Assembly (NCBI RefSeq): GCF_006345805.1
Contig: NC_042997.1
Span: 61,566,001 to 61,630,000 of the forward strand
DNA: 64,000 nucleotides
Origin: Octopus sinensis
Taxonomy: Eukaryota
Reading direction: 5' to 3'
The notes beneath the pieces are model-generated. The model worked only from the letters and a program-made list of their open reading frames with translations, was not told the origin of the DNA and did no database searches. Below, one piece after another: positions 41,216 to 53,740 of the stretch (positions are counted from its first letter, which is position 1; every line of letters starts with the position of its first letter). Position numbers and translations under genes: made by a program.

Positions 41216-41350
41216 TTCTTAAACAAGAATACCATGGATAGTGACTTCGAAATTTCAGTCAGTTTAACTATCGTCGAAGTGCAGTCGATGTTGTCTTAAC
41301 AGGCCGAAACTTCGAAGTCACTGTTAATAACATTCTTGCTTTAGAATGAT
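41213..41350 (+). mobile_element. Short inverted-repeat element with decayed hammerhead motif
   Basis: CAGT-C(T missing)GATGT-TGTCT-TAAC-AGGCC-GAAAC-TTCGAA-GTC^ACTG at about 41283-41323. Positions 41213-41259 are an inverted copy of the 3' half (41304-41350). Confidence 0.6.
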
Positions 41351-41686
41351 AAATTTGTACTCTACAAAAATATAGAGTAACCCATCAGATTAATGTAAAA
41401 TTGTTTTTATTATAACTGAACATAAAAGCAAACATTAACATATACATACATAAATGTGTGCGTGAATGTGTGCGTGCGTGTATGTGTGTGTGCGTGTGTG
41501 TATGTGTGTGTGTGTTTGTATGTGTATGTGTGTATGAGTGTATATCATACAGAGAGAGAAAGAGGGAGAGAGAGAAAGAAAGGTAGTAAAGAAGTAAAAG
41601 ATTGAACGAGTAAAGAGGAAGGTGAAGAAAAAATTAGCCAAGAGAAAGAAATTGACAGATAAAAGAAAAAGAATGTTGGGAGAGGG

Positions 41687-41727
<41 letters not shown>

Positions 41728-42278
41728 AAGAAGAAAGAAAGAGAGAGAGAGAACGAGAAAGAGAGGGAGAGAACGCAACTCAGAGAGAACGAATGATGGA
41801 GCCTTACATGGAAGTGAAAAGAGATATTTTTACAAAAAACTCACAGTGAGATTAAGTATAGCATCATGTGTCAATGTTTAAAACAAAGCAAATACTACAT
41901 ATGTTCATGTACTAGATACAGATACACGTGTTATAAAAGATAAGAAAATATTTTTAACCCCATGTTGGTCACATATGTTTTAAAACTAAACACCGATAAA
42001 ATAAGGTGCAATAATAAATTATATAAAATTGCTTTATTCCTTTGCAGAAGAGAATATGTGCCGACAACATAAAATGAATTAACTCTTAATAGGTGGAGAG
42101 GTCAGACTGTTGAGATAAAGTTCCCCTATTTGAAAGGGAACGAACTCTTTAAGTAGAGCAGCAAGATAGTTTAACGATGGGAGAATCTGACTGAAGTTAC
42201 GATGATTAGATACTTTTTTCCAACCTCCTTTTCTCGTTCTTTTTATTTCCACGCCACTTTCATCTACATTTTTAAAAA

Positions 42279-42314
42279 TTTTCTGATGAAGGACTTGTGT
42301 CCGAAACGTCAAAG
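42279..42314 (+). ncRNA. Minimal type I hammerhead with intact core
   Basis: TTTT-CTGATGA-A-GGAC-TTGT-GTCC-GAAAC-GTC^AAAG. 4-bp stem II, loopless palindromic ACGU stem III, weak 4-bp stem I. This is the design known from Penelope-like element pseudo-LTRs. Confidence 0.85.
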
Positions 42315-42435
42315 CCAGGCAGACCTATTACCTAAAGGTGATCCAGCCGAGATTATTACGTCTTTTATATGATTAGAACTACATTTGTCAAATGTGCCCC
42401 TATAATTTTTTTTCTGATTATATAAGTGACGTTAG

Positions 42436-42601
42436 CAGTGGCGTAGCTAGAGTGTGTTGCCGACCGGAGGCAGCCCCTGAGTTTGCTGTTCCTCATCCCT
42501 TATTCAGGTTTATATTGTAGAGCCAAAAGTGCCGCCAGCCTAAAGGTGTTGTCCAAGGCGCGGATCACCCCTTTCCCTTGCTCTCTTAGCAACGCTTCTA
42601 G
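42436..42601. mobile_element. PIF/Harbinger-like MITE
   Basis: Left end cagtggcgtagctag; right end ttagcaacgcttctag is a decayed inverted copy (about 10/15). Confidence 0.45.
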
Positions 42602-44673
42602 ATGTTAGAGTGTAGGATACAATGCATCGTAGTATGTGTTGACTGCGTTCTGAATTCAAATCCTGCTGAGATCAATTTTCGGGAGTCAATAAAAAAAGAA
42701 ATTGCCAACGTAGATTTACGAAACTGTTAGGTTGGACAAGATTGTTTGTGGTATTTGTAGTGTTTTTTTTTGCGTTCTGATAGCAACGCCCACGACGGCG
42801 GTGACAACACTGTTGTCAAGTTGCATCGGTCCAATTCCGCAGATTTTTCTTGGATAAACAACACCAACACAAAAAAGTATGCCTGCATGCATGAGCAACC
42901 ATTAGTTTCCTAAAAAATCACTATCTGAAGATGGGGGAAGGGGGTATTTGTCTGTTCTTTCTAACAGATTGAGTGGCTACAAAGATTAAAACCCCTCAAG
43001 GCGTCGCTCAAACATGGTCGCAGTCAAATGACTGATATCAGCAAATGAATAAAAGAATATCTGTGTCAGCAATACTTCAAGCTGACCCCCTACAGAAGTA
43101 CATGGATTTGATCCCCCACCCACTCACTTTTCATTTGACGGTATGTTCTCAAGTCTTCAATTGTACTCTAAAGTTACCTATCTGTGAAGACTAGAGATCA
43201 AAAGTGCTCTTGCCGTTATTTATTTTATCTTACTTTTTTTGCACCTTGATCGATGCCAGTACGACTTCATAATAGGCGCAGGCGTGGCTGTGTGGTAAGA
43301 AGTTTGCTTCCCAATATGGTCCCGGGTTCAGTCCCACTATGTGGAACCTTGGACAAGTGTTTTCTGCTTCAGTCTCAAGCTGACCAAAACCTTGTGTATA
43401 GCAGTTGCACATGCAAGCAGGTTCTCTCTCTCCATGCCACCGATGGCATCCAAGGGAAAAGCCGACGCGTTAGGGCCAACACAGCTTCGCTGCAGTGTCA
43501 TCGCATACTTCGCTGCAGTGCCATCGCAAGCTTCGCTGACAGGACGAAAATGGCCGGAGTAGAGACTGCAAGGCATCTTATCCAACGCTTTAACAGTCTC
43601 ACCAATCCACCTCTCTGTATTTGTACCCAAAAAGGATGATACGCGAAGCTGACCTCTGCGAGATTTGAATTAAGAACGTGGTGAGTCAGAACAAATATCG
43701 TGGAACATACCATTCAATGCTCCAATGACTCTGTCAATTCAGCACCTTAATATATTTATAACTACATTAAAATGACAGGGCGTGTAATTTGAAGGAAATT
43801 TGACTGCTATTTCTACTAAAGCGGCTGCGTAATTTCTCTCTCTTCGTCTCGTTAAGAGACAATTCTATAGCAGAGATTTATGAGCTCTCCGAACCGATTT
43901 GTTACGTTGATTTCTCACATCAACACAAAACTTATCTATGAATCGTTTTTAAACGGAAGCAGCAGTGTAGTCAACTGAATAGCCTTGCAACGATATTACT
44001 TTTAATGGCTTTTTTTTTTTATTGTGAATGAACGGTGATATCAATTCTGGATTGTGATACAAAATGTAGGGAAACGAAACTAAATGCCAGACATTTAGTT
44101 CACGCTACCATGACTGCCAGGTTTAGCTCAACTACAGTATTAAGTCTAATTTATTAATTCTACTTAAAAAGACATTATTTATAAGATCTTGCCAGCTAAG
44201 CAGCTCAAGGATGAGGTAAAAGAAAAATGAGGAGAAAGAAAGGGGAAGCAGAAAGTGAAGCATGGGATGTGTTGTAAAGGCAACTGTGCTCTTATATCAT
44301 GGTGACACTGTGATGTACTACTGCTATGGTCTAGATTAGTGGTGCTGTACTGCTTATATCTGTTATTATTGTCTACAGCCTTTTAGTAGGATTTTAGGGG
44401 TGTTTTTTTGTTTTTTGTTTTTTTCATCTTTTATTGCAGAGTCAGCACATTTGATAGTTCCGTTTTGCATTCTCTGTAATAAGAAGAAAAAAAATTCATA
44501 ACATCCGTGTCAATAATATCCCACCCTACACTTTATGTGAACCCGCCTTTGTAATGTCCTCTTTATCAGACGTCTTTGTGGCAAATACAGGAAATTGTTG
44601 ATGTTGTTGTTGTTGTTGCTACTGTTGCTACTGTTGCTACTGTTGCTGCTGCTGCTGCTGTTGTTGTTGTTTA

Positions 44674-45780
44674 AGGCGGCGAGGTGGCAGAATCGTTAGC
44701 ACGCCGGGCGAAATGCATAGCGGTGTTTCGTCTGTCGTTACGTTCTAAGTTCAAATTCCGCCGAGGTCGACTTTGCCTTTCATCCTTTCAGGGTCGATAA
44801 ATTAAGTATCAGTTACGCACTAGGGTCGATGTAATCGACTTAATCCCTTTGTCTGTTCTTGTTTGTCCCTTCTATGTTTAGCCCTTTGTGGGTAGCAAAG
44901 AAATAGGTATTTCGTCTGTCATTACGTTCTGAGTTCAAATTCCGCCGAGGTCGACTTTGCCTTTCATCCTTTCAGGATCGATAAATTAAGTACCAGTTAC
45001 GCACTAGGGTCGATGTTGTAGTGACGCCATTTTGGAAATCTTCAGCGCGCATGTGCAGAGTTGAAGCTTCCTCATGCGCATGCGCAGAGAACTAGTAACA
45101 GCAAGATTTCCCGCTGAATCGATCTCTCTCGAAGTTGCAGCCGAACAGAACAGATGTGTTCTCACATCTCTCCTCAAGCTGCCACCACGTGGCGAAACCA
45201 CACTATGCTGGAACGAAACAGGATTTGGTTCACACCATTTAACCACAGCGACTAGCTCCAATGGCTACCGATTTGCCCTGAAGGAAATATATATATATAT
45301 TATTGCGAATCCAGAAAAATAAATATTATTTATGCTGCTTGAAGATATTCGAAGTCTTGCTTTTCCTTCGACAACTAATTTAATGTAACGGGATGAGACC
45401 TGCACCCCTCAAGTGTTACAGACCTTTCATCTTTGTTACTATGTAATCGACTTAATCCCTTTGTCTGTTCTTGTTTGTCTCCTCTATGTTTAGCCCCTTG
45501 AGGGCAATAAAGAAATAAGAAACATTAGCACGCCGGGTGAAATGCTTAGTGGTATTTCGTCTGAGTTCAAATGCTTAGCGGTATTTCGTTCTGAGTTCAA
45601 ATCCCGCCGAGTTTGACTTTGCCTTTCATCCTTTCGGGGTCGATAAATTAAGTACCAGCTACGCACTAAGGTCGATGTAATCGACTTAATTTCTTTGTCT
45701 GCCCTTGTTTGTCCTCTATATGTTTATCCCCTTTGTAGGCAATAAAGAAATAAGAATCGTTAGCGCCCCGGGCAAAATAC
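44674..45780 (+). mobile_element. Head-to-tail multimer of a second tRNA-derived SINE (Meta-domain-like)
   Basis: Three near-identical bodies (ttc.aagttcaaattccgccgaggtcgactttgcctttcatcctttc.gggtcgataaattaagtaccag) plus the start of a fourth. Contains the solo LTR. Confidence 0.85.
45017..45440 (+). mobile_element. Solo LTR inserted into a SINE
   Basis: Starts TGTAGTGAC, ends GTTACT, flanked by ATGT duplication (45013-45016, 45441-45444). It splits the SINE motif gtcgatgtaatcgac. Confidence 0.75.
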
Positions 45781-45956
45781 TTATAACCTTCTTTTTGACC
45801 TATCAGATCTAGTTTTTAAGTTATTGAACATCCTTATAGTCGCCATGTGTGTGTACCTCCAGTACGAAGTGTTCGTTCCTTTATTCTAATTCTAAGATTA
45901 TTTTTCTTTTCCATACTTTTTAGATGTGGTGAACTAAGCAATAGAAGATGAGCAAG

Positions 45957-47200
45957 ATGTCCTCTTCAAGAAAGTGCCGCGTTAATTCTCCAAAAGTATT
46001 TTATGTTTGTGGAGAATACACATCACCTAAAAATTAAAGAAAAACATCACTGATATTGTTGACAGAGCGTATATGGCATATTTTGGGGTCAAGCTGGGAA
46101 ACCAAGATAAATATTGGGCACCGCCTAGTATTTGCAAACAATGTACCGAACATTTGCGACAATGAACTAAAGGGACAAGGAAAAGTATGAGGTTTGCTAT
46201 ACCAACGGTATGGCAGGAGTCATACGTGGACGACTGCTATTTTTGTAATGTAAATTTTAAGATATTTACCGGAAAAATCGAAAAAGCTTGTCTATCCTAA
46301 TCTTGGCTCTGCTATTAGACCGGTTCCACACAGTGAAGAGCTTCCTGTTCCTGTCTTCAATGTCTTGCCCCAGATAACTTTACCCTCAACCAAAGAAGAT
46401 TCATCTCCTGAAGATGACACTAGAGATCAAGACTTTTCATTTGAGACCAGATCATTTAGCTATTCTCCCAGGTAGAGCTGAATGATTTAGTTCTTGACTT
46501 GAACCTCCCAAAAATTCTACAGAACTGTTGACTTCCCGATTGAAAGAGAAGAATCTTCTAGAGAATGGGGTCGGTATAACCTTTTATCGGAGTTAGTATG
46601 AAGAGTTCCTTTCTTTCTTCACAAAAGAGGATATGAAAAGCTGGTTTACTACAGAGATGTCAGTGGGCTTCTTAATAAACTTGGCATTGAGGAATACAAA
46701 CCAGAGGAATGGCATCTTTTCATAGACAGCTCTAAGCGTAGTTTAAAATGTGTATTGCTGCACATCGGAAATGTGTATGGCTCTGTCCCACTCGGTCACT
46801 CAACAACTCTGAAGGAAAAATATGAAGAAATTAAGTTGGTTTTAGAGAAGATCATAAATGGGTCATCTGCGTTGACTTAAAGATGGTGAATTTTCTCATG
46901 CGACAGCAATCTGGTCATACCAAATACCCATGATTTCTTTGCGTGTGGGACAGTAGAGACTGAGTAAACCTCTATGTTAAGAAAAAACTAGTCACCTCGA
47001 ACTAATATGGCTCCATGTAGAGCTGCCAATATATTGGAAGAACCTTTAGTTGAGCGAGATAAAATCATTTTCCCCCTTTTGTACCCCAAACTCGAATTGA
47101 TCAAGCAATTCGTCAAAGCTTTTGACAAAAACGGGAAGTGCTTCAAATATATCTGCAGTGTATTTCCAGACTTAACGATTGAAAAACTTAAAGTAGGGAG
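45957..47200 (+). pseudogene. Decayed DNA transposase, probably Chapaev3 (CMC superfamily)
   Basis: AYFGVKLGNQDKYWAPPSICKQC, DDCYFC, YPNLGSAIRPVPHSEELPVP, LFIDSSKRSLKCVLLH, KFVKAFDK...KYI...FPDLTIEKLKVG. 3' truncated. Superfamily assignment is from memory. Confidence 0.7.
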
Positions 47201-47639
47201 CGCACAGTTTTATACAAGGATTTTTGTATTTTTTCCATAAACTAGGGGATGGCTACTGACATTAAGCTTAAGGATTATATAATGTACAAGTATAAAGAAA
47301 GAATTAAAGAAAAAAAAAGGACTCATTGTATTGAATGTTATCGATAATATCGAGTGGAAATAGAGGGTGATGTAGTGCCTATACACAAGCTGCCACAGAT
47401 GATAACACTTCCAGTCAATTAAGATCAGAAGACATGACAACTACTGCATTATTATTGAGTGAGAGAGTGACACTGGGGTAAACTATACGAAGCCCAATAT
47501 ACCCATGATGACTACTCGTCTAAGGGTACACCAGGAACATGCATCACAACCATACCTGCGTGACATGGTAATCCTATATCATGATAAACGGCACATAACC
47601 TTGCAGGTGGGGCCCAGTTAGAATTTTCTTCAGGTAGAA

Positions 47640-47656
47640 TAGATAGATAGATAGAC

Positions 47657-47727
<71 letters not shown>

Positions 47728-47736
47728 TAGACAGAC

Positions 47737-47768
<32 letters not shown>

Positions 47769-47769
47769 C

Positions 47770-47844
<75 letters not shown>

Positions 47845-47862
47845 AGATAGATAGATAGATAG
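47640..47862. repeat. (GATA)n/(GACA)n microsatellite
   Basis: Directly visible. Confidence 0.97.
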
Positions 47863-48444
47863 AAGAAATGATGATGTAATTTAGTGAGAAAGAGGAAGGA
47901 GAGAATTGGTGTGACTTTAGATAGACAACGGTTCAAGGAGACAAAGCTCTCTGTCACTGATAACTCGACTTTGAGCAGCAAAAAGAAAATCAAAACATAA
48001 AGTCAACACCGGATGCTGACTGGAAAGAAATGTTGCAAGACGACAGCCAGAAACACAAAAGAAACGGAAGCAAAGCGTGAGGTGAAAAGAATGCATGAAA
48101 GAAGACAAAACGAAACACAAAAAGAAAACGGGACAAAACTTAAAGCAAAATGAAGAAGCAATTACTGGAAAGCAATTGAAATAACACCGGTACTTGCAGC
48201 GAGTAATACACTACCATGTATGTATGCATGCGTGTATGGATGTATGTATATATGTAAGAACATACACACACATACACACAGGCATACACACACGCACACA
48301 CATGGTACAATTACTTACACATGTTTTAAACGAATGATGGTCAAAGTCAAAGTTACCTATTTTGTGTATATGCGCATATATATATACATGTATGCATGCA
48401 TGTAATATAATGTATGTATGTACAAGGTATATGCATATTGTAAT

Positions 48445-48616
48445 ATGTGGCTGTGTGATAAGTAGTTTGGTCACTAACCACATGGTTCCGAGTTCAGTCC
48501 CACGGCGTGACACCTTGGGCATGTGTCTTCTACTATAGCCTCGGGCCGACCAAGGCTTTATGAGTGGATTTGGTAGACGGAAACCGAAAGAAGCCCATCG
48601 TGTATATATATATATT

Positions 48617-48696
<80 letters not shown>

Positions 48697-48890
48697 GTAT
48701 ATGCTTGTGTGTGTTTGTCCCCCAACCCAACATCGCTTGACAACCGATGCTGATGTGTTTACGCCCCCGTAACTTAGCGGTTCGGCAAAAGAGACCGATA
48801 GAATAAGAATAAGCTCTGGGGTCGATTTGCTCGACTAAATGTGGTGCTCCAGCATGGCCGCAGTCAAATGATTGAAACAAGTAAAAGAAT
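48445..48890 (+). mobile_element. tRNA-derived CORE-type SINE (octopus OR-like), best copy
   Basis: tggctgtgtg...gttcagtccca...accttgggca.gtgtcttctactatagcctcgggccgaccaa...gcggttcggcaaaagagaccgatagaataag...gcatggccgcagtcaaatga. Coordinates approximate. Confidence 0.85.
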
Positions 48891-48971
48891 ATATGTATAC
48901 ACACTACCCTCACTCTCACCCACACCCACACACACACACACATACGCACACGCACACATATATAACATATA

Positions 48972-50192
48972 CAGGGGTTGGACAAAATAATGGAAACACC
49001 TAGCATCATAGCATCATAATTTTGGAATATCTATAAAACCGTCAAAAGCTTATTTATTTTTATGTTTTTTTTATTTATTATTAGTGTTCCTTCATAAGTT
49101 TTGCTAAAATTGCTGTTTCTTTTCAGATATCATCAGAAAAAGGTAATTAAGATTTATTAAAATGACAGATCTGTCGGACTTTCAAAGAGGTCAAACAGTT
49201 GGTGCTTGCATGGCAGGCGCTAGCGTAACGAAAGCAGCCAAAATGCTTGGTGTACTGTCTCGAAAGTAGTGAAAGCCTTTGAATAAGAGGGAAAAATCCT
49301 CCTTGTTGAAACAAAATTTCTGAAGAAAACCAAAACTTTCAGATAGGGACTGTCGGTCTCTTACGCGAATTGTAAGAAAGGATCACAAAAGTACAGCTCC
49401 CAAAATTACTGCAGAGCTTAATGACCATCTCGAAAACCCAGTTTCCCCAAAAACTTATCGCCGGGAGCTGCATAAAGCCGAATTTCACTGGAGGGCTGCA
49501 ATCAGAAAACCACTACTTTCAAAAACAAATGTTGCAAAGCGTTTAGAGTGGAGTCAAAACCTACAGAATTGGACCCTAGAGCAGTGGAAGAATGTTATTT
49601 TCTTGGACGAGTCATCATTTACCTTATTTCCGACCACCGACCGAGTATACATGCGGAGACATTCAAAAGAGGCATTTGACCCAAACGGTCAACTATGATG
49701 ATCTGGGGGTGGGGGCTATATCTTGGAAATCCACCGGCCCAATGGTTTTCCTTCATGGCAGAATTAATAGTCAAGTCTATTTAAGCATTTTATCTGATCA
49801 AATTCATCCTACGATTGTGGAACTGTTTCCGGAGGGAAACGAAATCTTTCAGCTAAAGTTGTTACTGAATGGCACGAGCAACATTCTTAGTGAAGTTGAA
49901 CATCTTATCTGGTCACCACAGTCCCCAGATCTCAATATTATTGAACATTTATGGTGTATTTTAGAAAAACAAGTAAGGAGTCAATATCCTCCACCATCAT
50001 CAGTCACTTCAAGAACTGGAGCTGTTTTAGCTGAAGAATGGACAAAAATTCCTTTGGAAAGAATTTAAACTTCGTACGAGTCCATACCTCATAGAATTCA
50101 AGCTGTAATTACTGCCAAAGGCGGTCCTACCCTATATTCAAATAAATTTGCTTGAAATTTTAAGATGTTTCCATCATTTTGTCCAACCCCTG
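48972..50192 (+). mobile_element. Full-length Tc1 transposon with frameshifted transposase (from ATG 49162)
   Basis: TA|caggggttggacaaaataatggaaaca ... tgtttccatcattttgtccaacccctg|TA. MTDLSDFQRGQ, FLDES, WSPQSPDLNIIEHLW. Confidence 0.92.
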
Positions 50193-50373
50193 TATATGCA
50201 TTTATTTATGAGTGTATGTACGTATATATGTGTACTCTTGTACGTGTGCGTGTATAATGGGTATTTGTATATGACAGAAATGTTGCTATGTCTGTGTATA
50301 AGACGACAGAATAACTATCTCACAGTCTGTGCAAGGCTTCTCTTAAACTCTTAAATGGAGTTTTCTTTTTGTT

Positions 50374-50374
<1 letters not shown>

Positions 50375-50463
<89 letters not shown>

Positions 50464-50472
50464 CGCGCGCGC

Positions 50473-50507
<35 letters not shown>

Positions 50508-50702
50508 CGTGCGTATGTATATTTGTATATATGTGTATGTATATATGTGTATATAATATATATAGAGAGAGAGGGGGAGAGGGAGCGAGAGAAAGAGAGA
50601 TAAACATTCAGATAGATAGATATGTTTCTTTATTAGCCACACAGGGCTGCACACAGACGGGACAAATGTGTGCAGCCCTGTGTGGCATATATATATATAT
50701 AT

Positions 50703-50792
<90 letters not shown>
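50375..50792. repeat. Compound (TA)n,(TG)n,(GA)n,(GATA)n microsatellite cluster
   Basis: Directly visible. Confidence 0.95.
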
Positions 50793-50793
<1 letters not shown>

Positions 50794-51533
50794 CTGCATG
50801 CAGATATAATCATACGAATATACGTACATATGTAGACACTTGTATATACATATAGCACTTAATTTTTCTTTGTCTTTCATACCGCTGCTTTTATAGGCCA
50901 TGTTGTAGTGAATTAGAATAAAAAATACACACATATTTGTTTGTCATAGTAAAAAGGCGTGTCTTCTGAAAGACGTGATAAAAAAAGAAATGGAACATTG
51001 CAAAGGAAACAGGCATGAAAAACAAGGAAAGAAAACACAGTGCCAGAAACAGTTCCCAAGGCCAAAACCAAAAGCAAGACAAATAGTAAAGTTAAGTTAA
51101 AAATAAACCGTTATGGCGATGGAGCTTCTGTAATTACATCTACATATGTAACTATAACACAGCCAGCCCTTTCTCTCATCACCACCACCACCACCACCAA
51201 TCACAACCTTCACAAAAATTCATACCTCACGCCGTCTCTCTATCTCTCTGAGCTAATATTTTTAAAGTCACTGATACATTAGACGACAGGCGTGGCTGTG
51301 TGGTAAGAAGTTTGCTTCCCAAACACATGATTCCAGGTTCAGACTTAATGTGTGGCACCTTAGACAAGTGTCTTCTACTACAGCCCTTGGCCAACCAAAA
51401 CCTTGTGAGTGGATTTGGTAGGCGGAAACTGAAAGATGACTGTCATGTGTGTGTGTACGCACGTGTGTAACATATATGTGTGCGTTGTGTGTGTATATAT
51501 ATATACGCATGTATGTATGTGTATAGCTATCTA

Positions 51534-51565
<32 letters not shown>

Positions 51566-51586
51566 GCTAGCTAGCTAGCTAGCTAG

Positions 51587-51625
<39 letters not shown>

Positions 51626-51637
<12 letters not shown>

Positions 51638-51959
51638 GAAATGAGGTAATCAGATCGGATGGTTCATATTTATAGATATTTATTTATATATTACATTTTT
51701 TACATATATATATCATATCATTCAGATCATATCATTCGGATTATTAGCGCTTTCTCCCATTCCAGTGGGGTTTTCAAATCAAATTGAAAACCCCACTGGA
51801 ATGGGAGAAAGCGCTAATAATCCGAATGATATGATCTGAATGATATGATATATATATGTAAAAAATGTAATATATAAATAAATATCTATAATATGAACCA
51901 TCCGATCTGATTACCTCATTTCTTCTAATATATAATACCTGTACATCATCTCCAAACCT

Positions 51960-51964
<5 letters not shown>
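51626..51964. repeat. Near-perfect ~150-bp-arm palindrome between (TA)n tracts
   Basis: 51626-51777 is the reverse complement of 51784-51934 (one 1-nt indel seen), 6-nt spacer atcaaa. The right arm continues to 51964 and matches the repeat fragment at 12555-12625. Confidence 0.9.
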
Positions 51965-51996
<32 letters not shown>

Positions 51997-52003
<7 letters not shown>

Positions 52004-52610
52004 ATCTAGCTTGACCCTGCCTGGGACTTGAAACCAAATCCACCTGCTTGTTGCTTGTCAAAACGAGCAGGAATTCCTCTCCACACTAGATGATTGATGA
52101 AGAAACACTCGACGCCCTAGGACCTGTACTGGTCACAGAAAGGTCAGTCTTTTATTTAGGGTTTGACCTACATTACTGACCATAGTCTATATAACAGAGA
52201 GAATTTCCTCTCTCTCCCGCCTAGGTGTCAGCTATGACCAAGGAGCAAAACCTTCGCTTTTGAGTTAGCCAGACAAACGAGCTACACGCTCTTTTGCGTC
52301 AGCCATGACCAAGAGCAGCACTTCCCTTTTGGCCGCAAGAAAGACGATACCACCTTTATCCTTTCTTCCTTTCCAGTCAGCACCACGCATTCCTTTCCCT
52401 TTCACTCTCTACTGACAGAAACCCTTTTTCTACACGACCAATTACTAATCAGCAAGCCAACCTTGTTACTACCACTAGTCCCTTTAACTACTGTCCCTTT
52501 AACTACCTATCAGGCAACGAATAAACATGTGTAAATAACATTTCTTCCGTCTTGGTGTTAATTCTTCAATGTTTTCTGGTACTCCGACGTGAGAACCTTT
52601 AAGCGTTACA
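51997..52610 (+). mobile_element. Probable solo LTR
   Basis: GC-richer block ending GTTACA, with TATA-like ctatataa (~52187) and AATAAA (~52520). 5' end and TSD ambiguous in (TA)n. Confidence 0.45.
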
Positions 52611-52664
52611 TCTATATGTTACATTCAGTAGTGGGCTATATCATATCGAATAGATATGGCACAT

Positions 52665-52695
<31 letters not shown>

Positions 52696-52707
52696 TATAT
52701 ATATATA

Positions 52708-53445
52708 CGAGTTGGTACATAAAAATAATTGGAAACGTTCTCTGTGGGACAAGCCCGCTGTGGTTCAGGCTTTCACTGCCAGAAGCTACTTGATGCGACC
52801 CTCAGACATCAGTCTGCCGACCGGTGTTATCCGCTGAGGTTATACTGCTACGTGGTATGACTTTGTTTTGTTGTGCTTCTCCTCTGTTAGTCTATTTTTG
52901 CGATGGCTGAAAAGAAGGAACAGTGTGTTTCTGTAAAATTCTGTTTTCTGCTGGGAAAAACGGCGGCCTAAATAGCTGCCATGCTTCAAACACGAGAAAA
53001 ATTACTATGAGAAAAACACCACAAGTTTACGGGTGGTTTTCACGCTATAGGAATGGTCACTTGTCGCTTGAGGACCAGCCTCGTTCAGGGCAACCGTCGA
53101 CCTAGCGAACGAATGAAAACATCATGAAAATTCATGAACTGATTTTAGAGGACCGTCTCCGAACAATTGACAAACTTGTTGATCTGACTGATGTGTCCTG
53201 GAGTTCCTGCCAACGAATTGATATGACTGGTGTGTCCTGAAGCTCCCTCCAATGAATTGATATGACTGGTGTGTCCTGGAGGTCCCTCCAACGAATTGAT
53301 ATGACTGGTGTCCTGGAGCTCCTGCCAACGAATTGCGAATGAAAAGAGTTACAATAAAAGTTGTGCCTCGCTTGCTCACGGAAGATCAAAAGCAGTAATG
53401 ACTGAATGCGTGTCGTGAACTGAAAGAACAGTTGGAAGTTGACCA
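52708..53445 (+). mobile_element. 5' half of a mariner element with internal 39-bp tandem expansion
   Basis: TA|cgag start; MAEKKEQCVSVKFCFLLGK...WFSRYRNG..SLEDQPRSGQPST...VVPRLLTEDQK. Tandem repeat at 53185-53335. Confidence 0.85.
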
Positions 53446-53683
53446 GGTACCCCCTCGTATGTATGCACACTTATTTTAACTAACTTTAAGTTAGTTAAAA
53501 TATGTTTGTGACTTACTTTAACTTTTAACGGCAAATTCACTGCAGTTACCGTGCAGAGGAAGTTCTCGCTTATGGTAAACGATGTAAAAACACCTTATCT
53601 GCTCAATGTCTTTCCCTAGTGATATCCCTAAACGCATTTCTAGCTTTCTTCAATTGGAGATGCCGAAGAGAGATAACGCGCGC

Positions 53684-53740
<57 letters not shown>

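Noticed and set aside
47870-48170. Charged open stretch resembling a Helitron N-terminus
   Set aside because: Similarity is compositional only; no Rep or helicase motifs nearby.
53185-53335. CRISPR-like regular repeats
   Set aside because: Contiguous 39-bp tandem units without unique spacers, inside a mariner ORF in eukaryotic DNA.
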